From Methanobacteriota archaeon (GTDB lineage: Archaea > Thermoplasmatota > Thermoplasmata > RBG-16-68-12): DNA of 59,319 bases. Shown piece after piece: positions 1-7,826 of this stretch (position 1 is the stretch's first letter; the number at the start of each line of letters is the position of its first letter). The stretch lies in contig VBMI01000095.1 of assembly GCA_005878955.1 (NCBI GenBank), forward strand, positions 1 to 59,319, read 5' to 3'. Position numbers and translations under genes: made by a program. The notes below the pieces were generated by a model. It saw only the letters and a list, made by a program, of their open reading frames with translations, had not been told where the DNA came from and searched no databases.

Positions 1-385
1 GCTCCTTCTCCGGCTTGAGGACCGAGGTCATCTGCTTGAACTCGAGGTCCTTCAGTTCCCGCTTCAGGTGGCTCAGCGGGATCGTCCCGCGCGGGAGCTT
101 CCGCCGTTTGAGCTCGTTCGTGACGTCGATCAGTTCGTTGACCTTGCGGTTCCAGACGTCCCGCTCTTCTTTCGCTTTCTTGACCTCGCCGTTCAGCTCG
201 TCCCGCCGCTGGCGATGGCCCATCGCCTGCTCCACGAGCTCGCGGACCTGCGCGTTCAGCTCGTCCCGGCGATTCACCCACTCCCGCGTCTTGTCGTTGA
301 GCTCGTCTCGGCGACGCCGGTGACGCTCCGCCTCGGCGTTCTCGCGCTCCCGTTTGACCTCCAGCTCCTCCAATAATTCGGTCAT
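1..385 (-). CDS. Archaeal coiled-coil protein (COG1340-like), N-terminal part only; the gene runs off the left edge of the window
   Basis: Absent from the ORF track because no stop lies in the window. Reverse-complement reading from the ATG at 385-383 gives MTELLEELEVKRERENAEAERHRRRRDELNDKTREWVNRRDELNAQVRELVEQ... It is R/E/L-rich with a repeated RDELN motif and resembles the complete coiled-coil ORF at 49953-50825. Confidence 0.6.
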   Translation of the reverse strand, partial: MTELLEELEVKRERENAEAERHRRRRDELNDKTREWVNRRDELNAQVRELVEQAMGHRQRRDELNGEVKKAKEERDVWNRKVNELIDVTNELKRRKLPRGTIPLSHLKRELKDLEFKQMTSVLKPEKE

Positions 386-532
386 CGCGCTCGAACCCGA
401 GAGTGGGGGTTCCAACACAGAGGAAGTGCCCTTATAACCTTTTCCGACGCACGGAGCGCGTCGCGCACGCCGCGACACGAGGCCCCCCTCTCTCCATGAA
501 AATCGCGCTCGAAGCGGTGAAAGACAACACCG

Positions 533-541
533 TTATATATT
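533..541 (+). promoter_or_regulatory. Candidate archaeal TATA box for the HTH regulator gene
   Basis: TTATATATT is an isolated AT-rich octamer in GC-rich sequence, about 40 nt upstream of the ATG at 580. That ATG is itself preceded by GGAGA. Confidence 0.5.
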
Positions 542-579
542 GCCGAACGGGTATTTCGTTTCCGTCGGGAAGCGAGGAG

Positions 580-966
580 ATGTTGCAGCCTTCGGAGGTC
601 ATCGCCGCGAAACTTCTCCCGACGATTCGGGCCCGGCTGTCCCACGAGCTGCTCGTGGTCCACCGGATGAAGCAGGTCCGGGTCGCGCACGCCCTCGGGA
701 TCACGCAGGCCGCAGTGAGCCACTACAACACGAAGAGCCGCGGCCTCGACGACGAGCTCATCCGCAGATTCCCCGAGATCAAGGGGTTCTGCGAGGACCT
801 CGCCCGGAGCATCGCGGGGGGCCTGCCCCAGACGGAACAGGTCGCCCGGATCGATGAGTTCACGGACGGGCTCATGCACACCGCGCGGTTCTGCGACTAC
901 CACAAGAAAATCACGGACATCGACCCCAACTGCGCGATCTGCTTCCCGTCCCCGCCGAAGCCCTAG
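580..966 (+). CDS. Small HTH transcriptional regulator (COG2522-like) with a C-terminal Cys/His cluster
   Basis: Internal ATG of track ORF 403-966. MLQPSEVIAAKLLPTIRARLSHELLVVHRMKQVRVAHALGITQAAVSHY is an HTH motif, and the C-terminus carries FCDYHKK...CAIC. The upstream TATA and SD-like GGAGA favour 580 over 403 or 496. Confidence 0.65.
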   Translation: MLQPSEVIAAKLLPTIRARLSHELLVVHRMKQVRVAHALGITQAAVSHYNTKSRGLDDELIRRFPEIKGFCEDLARSIAGGLPQTEQVARIDEFTDGLMHTARFCDYHKKITDIDPNCAICFPSPPKP

Positions 967-2309
967 ACGGCCCGACGGAGGAGCCCCTCCCGGATCATCG
1001 CAACCGCCGCGTATCCGGCCCCCGCTCCCTGGGCGATGGCGAACGCCAGGCCCGCGCCGACAAGCCCGGCGCCGAGCATCAGCGGTCCCGCAAGCGCTAG
1101 GGCGACGACGGTCGTCCCCGCGTACAGCCCGACGACGCCGCGCATCCGCCGCTCCACGCGAAGGACCGCAATGTACAGCGAGTTGATCGCGACGAAGAAG
1201 GAGGACGCCGCGAGGACGTTGAGGAGCGACGTCGCCGCGAGGAACGTCGGCTTAAGGGCTTGGAGGAGCCACGCGCCCGCGAGCACGACCCCGGCGAGCG
1301 CAGGGACGAGAATCGCGAGCGACAGGAACAGGCCGTCCACCGCAGTCCCGCGGAGCCCGGGCCGCCACCGCGATCCCTCCGCGAGGACGCTGGTGAAGAC
1401 CGACCCGGGAATGATGAAGAGAAAGTTCGCGAGGACCCAAGCGATGTAGAAGTACCCCGCGCTCGGGGGACCGAGGACCGCCGCGACGAGCAAGGGGAAC
1501 ACGAGCCCCGGGACGACGCCGAGGAGGTTCGTCGCGTGGTTCGCGAGACTGTACCGGGCCATCGAGGACACGCCCGCGCGGTCGATCGTCGGTCGCAGCC
1601 GGTACCCGGGCACGGAGCGCGGGAGGAGGACGAGGACCGTCGCGATGTCCGAGACGAGGAGGGCGAACCCCCACGCGAAGAGCAGGGCGAACGGGGCGCC
1701 GAGGGCCGCGGCGACGAGCGCGGGGAGCGGGATCTTCAGGGTGTTGTACACCGCGGCCCGGACGAGGACGTACCGCGCCTGACCCAGGCCGATGAACGCA
1801 GCGTCGAACAGCAGCGAGATCGTCCACACGGCGGCGAAGAACGCGAACAGGGCGAGCAGGCCCGGATCCGTCGCGAGGAACCCGAGCCCCGGAAACCACC
1901 GGCCCACGCCGAGCCCGAAGGCGAGCGCGAGGACGATCGCGACCGCCGACCCGATCGTGACGCTGGAATTGATCAGGCGGACCGGCGAACCGGTCCGCTC
2001 CGGGAGGAATCGGACGAGCGAGATGTTGAACCCGAGGGTGGAGGAGATCGCGAGGAGCGTTCCCCCCGCGATGAGGATCGCGCCGAGGCCGATCTCGGCG
2101 TCACTCGGGACGAGCCGCGCGGCGGCGGCCCAGAACACGAGGCCCAGGAGTCCACCGAGGACCTCCGTCGCCATCAGGTACACCGCGGTCCGGGTGAGGG
2201 CCGATCCCAGAATCTCCCGGAGCGCCGCGCCGCGGTTCGCGCGGCGCGTCGTTCGGCCCTCGCCCGCATCGATCACCGGGGACGGCGGGGGCTCCCGAGG
2301 ATCAGTCAA
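963..2309 (-). CDS. Polysaccharide/oligosaccharide flippase (MOP/Wzx-type multi-TM protein)
   Basis: 448-aa ORF that is hydrophobic throughout, with many predicted TM helices. The N-terminal region LGSALTRTAVYLMATEVLGGLLGLVFWAAAARLVPSDAEIGL is typical of polysaccharide biosynthesis flippases. The start is TTG at 2309 and is uncertain. It overlaps the stop of the upstream GT2 gene. Confidence 0.7.
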   Translation of the reverse strand: MTDPREPPPSPVIDAGEGRTTRRANRGAALREILGSALTRTAVYLMATEVLGGLLGLVFWAAAARLVPSDAEIGLGAILIAGGTLLAISSTLGFNISLVRFLPERTGSPVRLINSSVTIGSAVAIVLALAFGLGVGRWFPGLGFLATDPGLLALFAFFAAVWTISLLFDAAFIGLGQARYVLVRAAVYNTLKIPLPALVAAALGAPFALLFAWGFALLVSDIATVLVLLPRSVPGYRLRPTIDRAGVSSMARYSLANHATNLLGVVPGLVFPLLVAAVLGPPSAGYFYIAWVLANFLFIIPGSVFTSVLAEGSRWRPGLRGTAVDGLFLSLAILVPALAGVVLAGAWLLQALKPTFLAATSLLNVLAASSFFVAINSLYIAVLRVERRMRGVVGLYAGTTVVALALAGPLMLGAGLVGAGLAFAIAQGAGAGYAAVAMIREGLLRRAV

Positions 2310-3324
2310 CGGGGAGGTCCCTCCAACCGACGCCGTACTGCCGGAGCCACGCGGCGACGATGCCCGCGCCGACCTTTCGGTACGCCGCGCGGAGCCGTCG
2401 CTTCCTGATCGCGCGGGGAAGCCCGCGATACGCGTCGAGGCGGGCGCGGGCCATCGCGGCGCCGACCTCGGACATGGACGGGCCCTGGAGGCCGGAGGCG
2501 GGGCGAGGCGATCGTGAACGGCGCAGGAGGGCCGCCCCGAGCCTGCCGGCGTTCCACGGCACCGCCGTGGCGATGAGGCGCCGAGGGTAGTTCTGGACCA
2601 GGTTCCAGATCCGATTCCGTTCCCCCTGGTACGTCTTCCAGAGGGCCCGGGGCGACGTGGACGCGGAGTACTTGTGGAACACGACCGCCCTCGGAGAAAA
2701 CCGGCCCTCCCACCCCGCGAGCCGGGCCCGCCACGCGAGATCGAGGTCCTCGTAGTACGCGACGAAGTCCGCGTCGAACAGGCCCACGGTCTCGAGGACC
2801 TCGCGGCGGTACAGCGCCGCCCCTGCCGAAGGTCCGAACACGTCGACCGCCGTGTCGAACTGCCCCTCGTCCCTCTGGTTCCAGCCCCGGTCGAGGCCGC
2901 TCCCGTCCCGCGCGATCGCGATTCCCGTGGAGTTCAGAATCTCCGGGCGGTCCATGAACACCATCTTCGATGCGACGGTCCCGACCCGCGGGTCCTGCGC
3001 AGACGCGACGAGGGACGCGAGCCACTCCGGGTCCACGCGGGTGTCGTTGTTGAGGGGGGCGACGAACGCGCACTCCGGGTCCCGGAGCGCCTCCTCGAAC
3101 CCCGCGTTGCTCCCCCGGGCGAAGTGGAGGTTGTCCGGAAGCGGGAGGAGGCCCGCCTCCGGGAATTCGTCCGCGACGGTCTCCCTCGACCCGTCCGTGC
3201 TCCCGTTGTCGACGACGAGCACGCGGAAGTTCCCGTACGTCTGATCGAGGGCGGACCGGACGCACCCCCGGATGTAGTCCCGCCCGTTCCAGTTCAGGAT
3301 GACGATCACGGCGCGCGGGTCCAC
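2302..3324 (-). CDS. Family 2 glycosyltransferase
   Basis: AVIVILNWNGRDYIRGCVRSALDQTYGNFRVLVVDNGSTDGS... is a classic GT2 N-terminus, with a DxD-like region further on. I chose the GTG start at 3324 (VDPRAVIV). The track ORF extends to 3570, but that part overlaps the upstream GT4 gene and looks non-coding. Confidence 0.8.
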   Translation of the reverse strand: MDPRAVIVILNWNGRDYIRGCVRSALDQTYGNFRVLVVDNGSTDGSRETVADEFPEAGLLPLPDNLHFARGSNAGFEEALRDPECAFVAPLNNDTRVDPEWLASLVASAQDPRVGTVASKMVFMDRPEILNSTGIAIARDGSGLDRGWNQRDEGQFDTAVDVFGPSAGAALYRREVLETVGLFDADFVAYYEDLDLAWRARLAGWEGRFSPRAVVFHKYSASTSPRALWKTYQGERNRIWNLVQNYPRRLIATAVPWNAGRLGAALLRRSRSPRPASGLQGPSMSEVGAAMARARLDAYRGLPRAIRKRRLRAAYRKVGAGIVAAWLRQYGVGWRDLPVD

Positions 3325-3364
3325 GGACCGCGGGTACCGGCCCGACGGCAAAAACCCTGCGGCG

Positions 3365-4447
3365 CTACCCGCCCCGGGCGGCCTCGAGTTCCGCGCGCAT
3401 CCTCTCGACGAAGACGCGGACGTCGAACCTCCGGGCCTGGGCCCGACACCGCGGCGCCCGCGACTCGAGGTCCCCCCTGGAGAGGGAAGCGATGCGATTC
3501 GCGAACCGATCCGCGTGGGGCGGGAGGAGGAACCCCGTGACGCCGTCCACCTGCGTCTCCCGATATCCACCGCCGTCCGCGGCGACGACGACCTTCCCCG
3601 AGGCGTTCGCCTCGACCGCGGTCATCCCGAAGTCCTCGTCGACCGAGGTGGAGAGCACCCCCTTGCATCGGGCGTACAGGTCCGCGAGCTCGCTCTCGGG
3701 GACCGTGTCCCGGAACTCCACGTTCCCGGGCGGGCGAAGCCGCCGGATGAACGCGTCGCGGTCCGTGCCCCTCGGGGCGCCCCCCACGACGAGGAGCCGC
3801 TCCCGCGGAAGCCTGCGGAACACCTCGACGGCGAGGTCGAGCGACTTCTCGTGGGAGAGTCGACTCACGTCGAGCCAGAAGTCGCCGACGGATTCGAACC
3901 GGTATCGGTCCGTCGGGACCGGGGGGTTCACGACGACGCTCTCCCGGCCCCAATACCGTCGGACCCGGCCCCGGACGTTCTCGCTGTTCGCGACGATCCG
4001 GTCGATCGAGGGGAGCGCGCGCTCGTTCCAGGACCGATGGAGCCGGGTCCATGCGCGCGCGAACGGGCGCTCTTGCGGCGGGAGGCTGTGCAACCACGTC
4101 TCGCGGAGGTCGTAGAAGACGCGGGTCGGCGTGTGGCAGTAGTACACGTTCGGGCGGTGCCTGGGGGCCGCGTGGACGGCCCAGTTGCCGGAGAGCACGA
4201 CGAGATCGACGCCGTGGAGCGCGAGCCGCGCGAACGCCCTCGTCGCGGCAATCGCCCGGAACGGCTGCGTCCGGGGAAGCCTCGCGATCGGCCGGATCCG
4301 CACGCCCTCGAACCCGGCGTTGCGTACGACGGAGGGATCGACCTCCGTCGTCACGATCTCCGCCCCGAGGGCCTGGGCGAGGGTGAGCACGACCTTCTCC
4401 CCGCCCCCGAGGGTCGTCATCCAGTCGTGCACGATCGCGACGTTCAT
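3365..4447 (-). CDS. Family 4 (GT-B) glycosyltransferase
   Basis: MNVAIVHDWMTTLGGGEKVV... at the N-terminus and ...DEDFGMTAVEANASGKVVVAADGGGYRETQVDGVTGFL at the C-terminus (the E-x7-E type motif). This is the internal ATG of track ORF 3365-5686. ATGA overlaps the stop of the upstream gene. Confidence 0.85.
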   Translation of the reverse strand: MNVAIVHDWMTTLGGGEKVVLTLAQALGAEIVTTEVDPSVVRNAGFEGVRIRPIARLPRTQPFRAIAATRAFARLALHGVDLVVLSGNWAVHAAPRHRPNVYYCHTPTRVFYDLRETWLHSLPPQERPFARAWTRLHRSWNERALPSIDRIVANSENVRGRVRRYWGRESVVVNPPVPTDRYRFESVGDFWLDVSRLSHEKSLDLAVEVFRRLPRERLLVVGGAPRGTDRDAFIRRLRPPGNVEFRDTVPESELADLYARCKGVLSTSVDEDFGMTAVEANASGKVVVAADGGGYRETQVDGVTGFLLPPHADRFANRIASLSRGDLESRAPRCRAQARRFDVRVFVERMRAELEAARGG

Positions 4448-6135
4448 GGGCACGGGGCCCCGGAGAGACCCCAGTTCACGAAGTACACCTGCGCGTACCC
4501 GCTGTCGTACACCTTCTGATACGGGGGGTCCGAGAACTTCGCGCGGGCGGGCTCGGACAGGGGGACCGCGGGGGTGAAGGGGGAGAGCTGCACACCCCGG
4601 GCGAGGTCCGCATCGATCAGGACGTAGTCCACCCGACGGTCTCCGGACGGCGCGCCCACGCGGCACATCTCGGCCCGCGCGGTGGCGAAGTCCGGCGCCT
4701 CGATCGAGAGCGGGGCGGTGTCCCACGTCGCGTCCGCGCCTCCGAAGCCGAAGACGAGGGTCGAGGCACGGTGGTCCGTCGCGACGAGTCCATCGGCGTT
4801 CGCGCCCACCCAGTACGACACGTCGAGGGCCGCGGGCCGGGCGCCCTCCTCGTAGTTCACAAGGAGCCCCGTCGGTGGAAACGCGGAGAGGGCGGTGCCC
4901 ACGACGAGGAGTCCGGCGACACCGGCGGCGGCGAGCCGCCGCCGGCCGAGGTCCCCGAGATCGAGCAGGCGCGCGAACCCCGAGCCGACCGGGAGGGCCA
5001 GGGCCACGACCATGTACTCGACGTGGCGGTACGGGATGATCACCCGCGGGGCGACGACGGCTCCGAACGCTGCGGAGAGGACCAGGCCGAGGAACCAGCC
5101 CCCGGACTCCAGACCGCCGCGTGCGAAATCCAAGTGCTTCCGTCCCGCCCCGCACAAAGCGAGGAACGCGAAGAACGGGAAGAAGTACCAGAGGACGTCG
5201 GGCGAGAGACGGATCGCGGTGCCGAGGATCCGGAAGACGACCGCGCTCCCGAGGATGGCGTAGATCGCGCCGAGCGCGACGGCGTACCCGCCGAGGGCAT
5301 GGCGCAGGGTGGGGTACGGGGGGCGGTATCTCCAGGAGAGCCTCCTTCGGATGAGAACGGCGCCCGCGAGGACCCCGACGAGGATCGGGAAGGCGGCGAG
5401 CGGGAGCCACCACGGTTCCACGTCGACGTCCATGAGGATCGATGTCCGGAACGTCTTCGCATACCCGAGCCAGAACGCGAGGGATCCCACGGCGAGGAAG
5501 CCGACGTACGCGATCTGCGCGCGCACCCCGGGCTCCGCGTCGGACCGCATGAGGCTCCGGAGCACCAGGCCGATGAGCAGCATCACGAGAAGGATGTACG
5601 CGCTCAGGTGATGGGTGACGATGAGAGCGAGGGTGAGGGGGACGAGGAGCCCCCACGTCCTCGGGTCCCGCGGGAGCCGGAGCCACAGGAGAAGCGCCGC
5701 GACCGCGAGGAACTCGCCGACCGTCGCAGGGATCGCGTGGGCAGTCTGGAACGCGTGGGGCATCGCCACGGCGACGACGGCCGCCGCGAGGAGCGCGGCG
5801 CGGTCCTCATGGACCAGCCGGGCCGCGAGGAGGAACACGATCGCGGGGATCAGCGCGGCGAGCGCCGGGACGACGAGGTCGAGGGACCCGCTGAGTTCGA
5901 GCCCGCCGAGCGATGTGCCGGCGACGAGGAAGAACATCCCGGGGAAGTACGGGTACGTGGCCCCCCATCCCGGGTACGGGAGGGCGACTTGGCCCGTGGC
6001 GAGGAGTCCCCGGGAGATGCGGTAGTACTCGCCGACGTCGCTTCCGAAATACACGAAGCGGGTGAGCGGGGAGAGGCGGAGCGTCAGGCCGAGGACGATG
6101 ACCGCGAGGAGGGAGGACGCGGTGGACTTCCGCAT
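4444..6135 (-). CDS. Large multi-TM GT-C-fold glycosyltransferase-like protein (STT3/ArnT-like topology) with a C-terminal soluble domain
   Basis: The N-terminus MRKSTASSLLAVIVLGLTL... is followed by FGSDVGEYYRISRGLLATGQVALPYPGWGATYPYFPG, an acidic first-loop motif like GT-C enzymes. There are more than 10 hydrophobic segments, then about 140 soluble residues. An alternative GTG start lies at 6195. No WWDxG motif is present. Confidence 0.55.
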   Translation of the reverse strand: MRKSTASSLLAVIVLGLTLRLSPLTRFVYFGSDVGEYYRISRGLLATGQVALPYPGWGATYPYFPGMFFLVAGTSLGGLELSGSLDLVVPALAALIPAIVFLLAARLVHEDRAALLAAAVVAVAMPHAFQTAHAIPATVGEFLAVAALLLWLRLPRDPRTWGLLVPLTLALIVTHHLSAYILLVMLLIGLVLRSLMRSDAEPGVRAQIAYVGFLAVGSLAFWLGYAKTFRTSILMDVDVEPWWLPLAAFPILVGVLAGAVLIRRRLSWRYRPPYPTLRHALGGYAVALGAIYAILGSAVVFRILGTAIRLSPDVLWYFFPFFAFLALCGAGRKHLDFARGGLESGGWFLGLVLSAAFGAVVAPRVIIPYRHVEYMVVALALPVGSGFARLLDLGDLGRRRLAAAGVAGLLVVGTALSAFPPTGLLVNYEEGARPAALDVSYWVGANADGLVATDHRASTLVFGFGGADATWDTAPLSIEAPDFATARAEMCRVGAPSGDRRVDYVLIDADLARGVQLSPFTPAVPLSEPARAKFSDPPYQKVYDSGYAQVYFVNWGLSGAPCP

Positions 6136-6191
6136 CCCGCGGGCGATGGGCCGGCCGTAGAAAAGGTTGTTGTCCTCGATAGGAACGGACC

Positions 6192-7316
6192 TCACGCCAG
6201 GGATTCCGCGACCCCGGCGAGGAGCCCGATCCCCTTCACCAGGTTCTCGCGTGAGTTCGCGTAGGAGAGCCGAAGGTGCCCCTCGCCGCCCGGCCCGAAC
6301 GCGGAGCCCGGAGTGCAGATGACCCCCGCCGCGAGGATCTTCATCGCGAGTGCCTCGGAGGTCAGGTCGAAGTCAAAACTCGGGAACACATAGAACGCCC
6401 CCTTCGGCCAGGGGCAATCGAGTCCCTTGATCCGGTTCAGCGCGTCCACGACAATCTCCCGCCGCTTGCCGAACTCGTTCACCATCTTCGTGACGAAGTC
6501 CTGTGGGCCCCGGAGCCCCGCGAGCACGGCGACCTGGGTGGGGGTGGGCGGGCACGCGATGAGGTAGTAGCTGATCTTCGCGAGGTTCTTGATGATCTCG
6601 GGCGGCGCGGCGACGTATCCGAGCCGCCAGCCGGTCATCGAGAAGATCTTCGAGAAGGAGTTCACGTAGACGACCTTGTCGTACCGCCCGAGGAACGTCT
6701 CGTGGCGCCCCTCGTACACGAACGGCTCGTACACCTCGTCCGAGATGATCAGGAGGTCGTTGTCCTCCGCGAGGGCGACGATTTCCTTGATCGCGTTGCG
6801 GTCGAGGACCCCGCCCGTCGGGTTCGCGGGCGAGTTCACGATGATCGCCTTCGTCTTCGACGTCACGAGCTCGTTCAGCTCCTCGATCCGGGGCTGGAAC
6901 TCGTCCTCCTTCCGGACCCGGTAGAACACCGGCGTCCCGTTCGCGAGCGTGATGTGCGGGGCGAACAGGACGAACCCCGGGTCCGGGGTGAGGACCTCGT
7001 CCCCGCGGTCGACGAGGGTCTGCATCGCGGAGGCCAGGCCCTCCGTCGCCCCCGTCGTGATCAGGACCTGGTCCGGTTTTACCGGCGCATACTTCGACAG
7101 ACGCTCCGCGACGGCGGCCCGGAGCTCGGGGAGCCCGCCCGTGGGGCCGTACTTGTTCATCCCCGTCCGGACTGCGTGCTCCAGGGCGTCCAGGATGTGC
7201 GCAGGCGGCTGGAAGTCGGGCTCGCCGAGCCCGAGGTTAATCGCTCCGGGGGGCGCGGCCTCGAACATCTTCCGGATCCCGGAGAGTTCGACGTGCGTCG
7301 CCCGGGAGGCGAACAT
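6192..7316 (-). CDS. Class I/II pyridoxal-phosphate aminotransferase (aspartate/aromatic type)
   Basis: INLGLGEPDFQPP, NKYGPTGGLPELR, IVNSPANPTGGV and NSFSKIFSMTGWRLGY (PLP-lysine motif) are all present. The start is at MFASRATHVELSGIRKMF; the upstream part of the track ORF reads as junk. Confidence 0.9.
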   Translation of the reverse strand: MFASRATHVELSGIRKMFEAAPPGAINLGLGEPDFQPPAHILDALEHAVRTGMNKYGPTGGLPELRAAVAERLSKYAPVKPDQVLITTGATEGLASAMQTLVDRGDEVLTPDPGFVLFAPHITLANGTPVFYRVRKEDEFQPRIEELNELVTSKTKAIIVNSPANPTGGVLDRNAIKEIVALAEDNDLLIISDEVYEPFVYEGRHETFLGRYDKVVYVNSFSKIFSMTGWRLGYVAAPPEIIKNLAKISYYLIACPPTPTQVAVLAGLRGPQDFVTKMVNEFGKRREIVVDALNRIKGLDCPWPKGAFYVFPSFDFDLTSEALAMKILAAGVICTPGSAFGPGGEGHLRLSYANSRENLVKGIGLLAGVAESLA

Positions 7317-7427
7317 CTCTTCGCTCGAAACGGCGGGACGCGCAAAGAACGTTTCGGAATCCGTGGTAGCACGGCACACCGTGCCTGTTCCAAAGGGTTT
7401 TGAGCGGTCGGCGTGTACGCTCCGTCG

Positions 7428-7826
7428 ATGGCAGTCTGTCCCCGCTGCGCGACGGAGCTCCCAGAGGGATACGGGTCCGTGTGTCCCGCCTGCGGGTTCG
7501 TCGTCCGCATCCCCGGCGTGATGAAGCTCGCCCTCACGCTGCTCGCCGCGGGTTTCGCGGTCGCGATCGTCTGGACTGTGCAGGCGGACACCCTCTTCGG
7601 GTGGCTCTGGGGGATGATCAACGCGATCATCGCGCAGCCCCTCGGCCTGCGGCCCGCGCCCTTCGAGCTCACGGGGGTGCTGAAGGTCCTGTACGACTTC
7701 CTCTTCGGGACACCCTCGCAACCCCCGTGGGGTGGGGTCCTCCTCATCGCCGCCGGGATCCTCGTGGGCTTCGCCGGGGGCGTCGTCCTCCGCCGGGCGG
7801 AGGCGGGCGCGCCCTCATCCGCCTAG
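7428..7826 (+). CDS. Small zinc-ribbon membrane protein, function unknown
   Basis: MAVCPRCATELPEGYGSVCPACG (CxxC-x12-CxxC) is followed by hydrophobic segments LALTLLAAGFAVAIVW and VLLIAAGILVGFAGGVV. Confidence 0.5.
   Translation: MAVCPRCATELPEGYGSVCPACGFVVRIPGVMKLALTLLAAGFAVAIVWTVQADTLFGWLWGMINAIIAQPLGLRPAPFELTGVLKVLYDFLFGTPSQPPWGGVLLIAAGILVGFAGGVVLRRAEAGAPSSA

Noticed and set aside
4444-6135. Calling the GT-C membrane protein the oligosaccharyltransferase AglB
   Set aside because: The hallmark WWDxG motif is absent from the expected position after the last TM helix, so only a generic GT-C assignment is justified.
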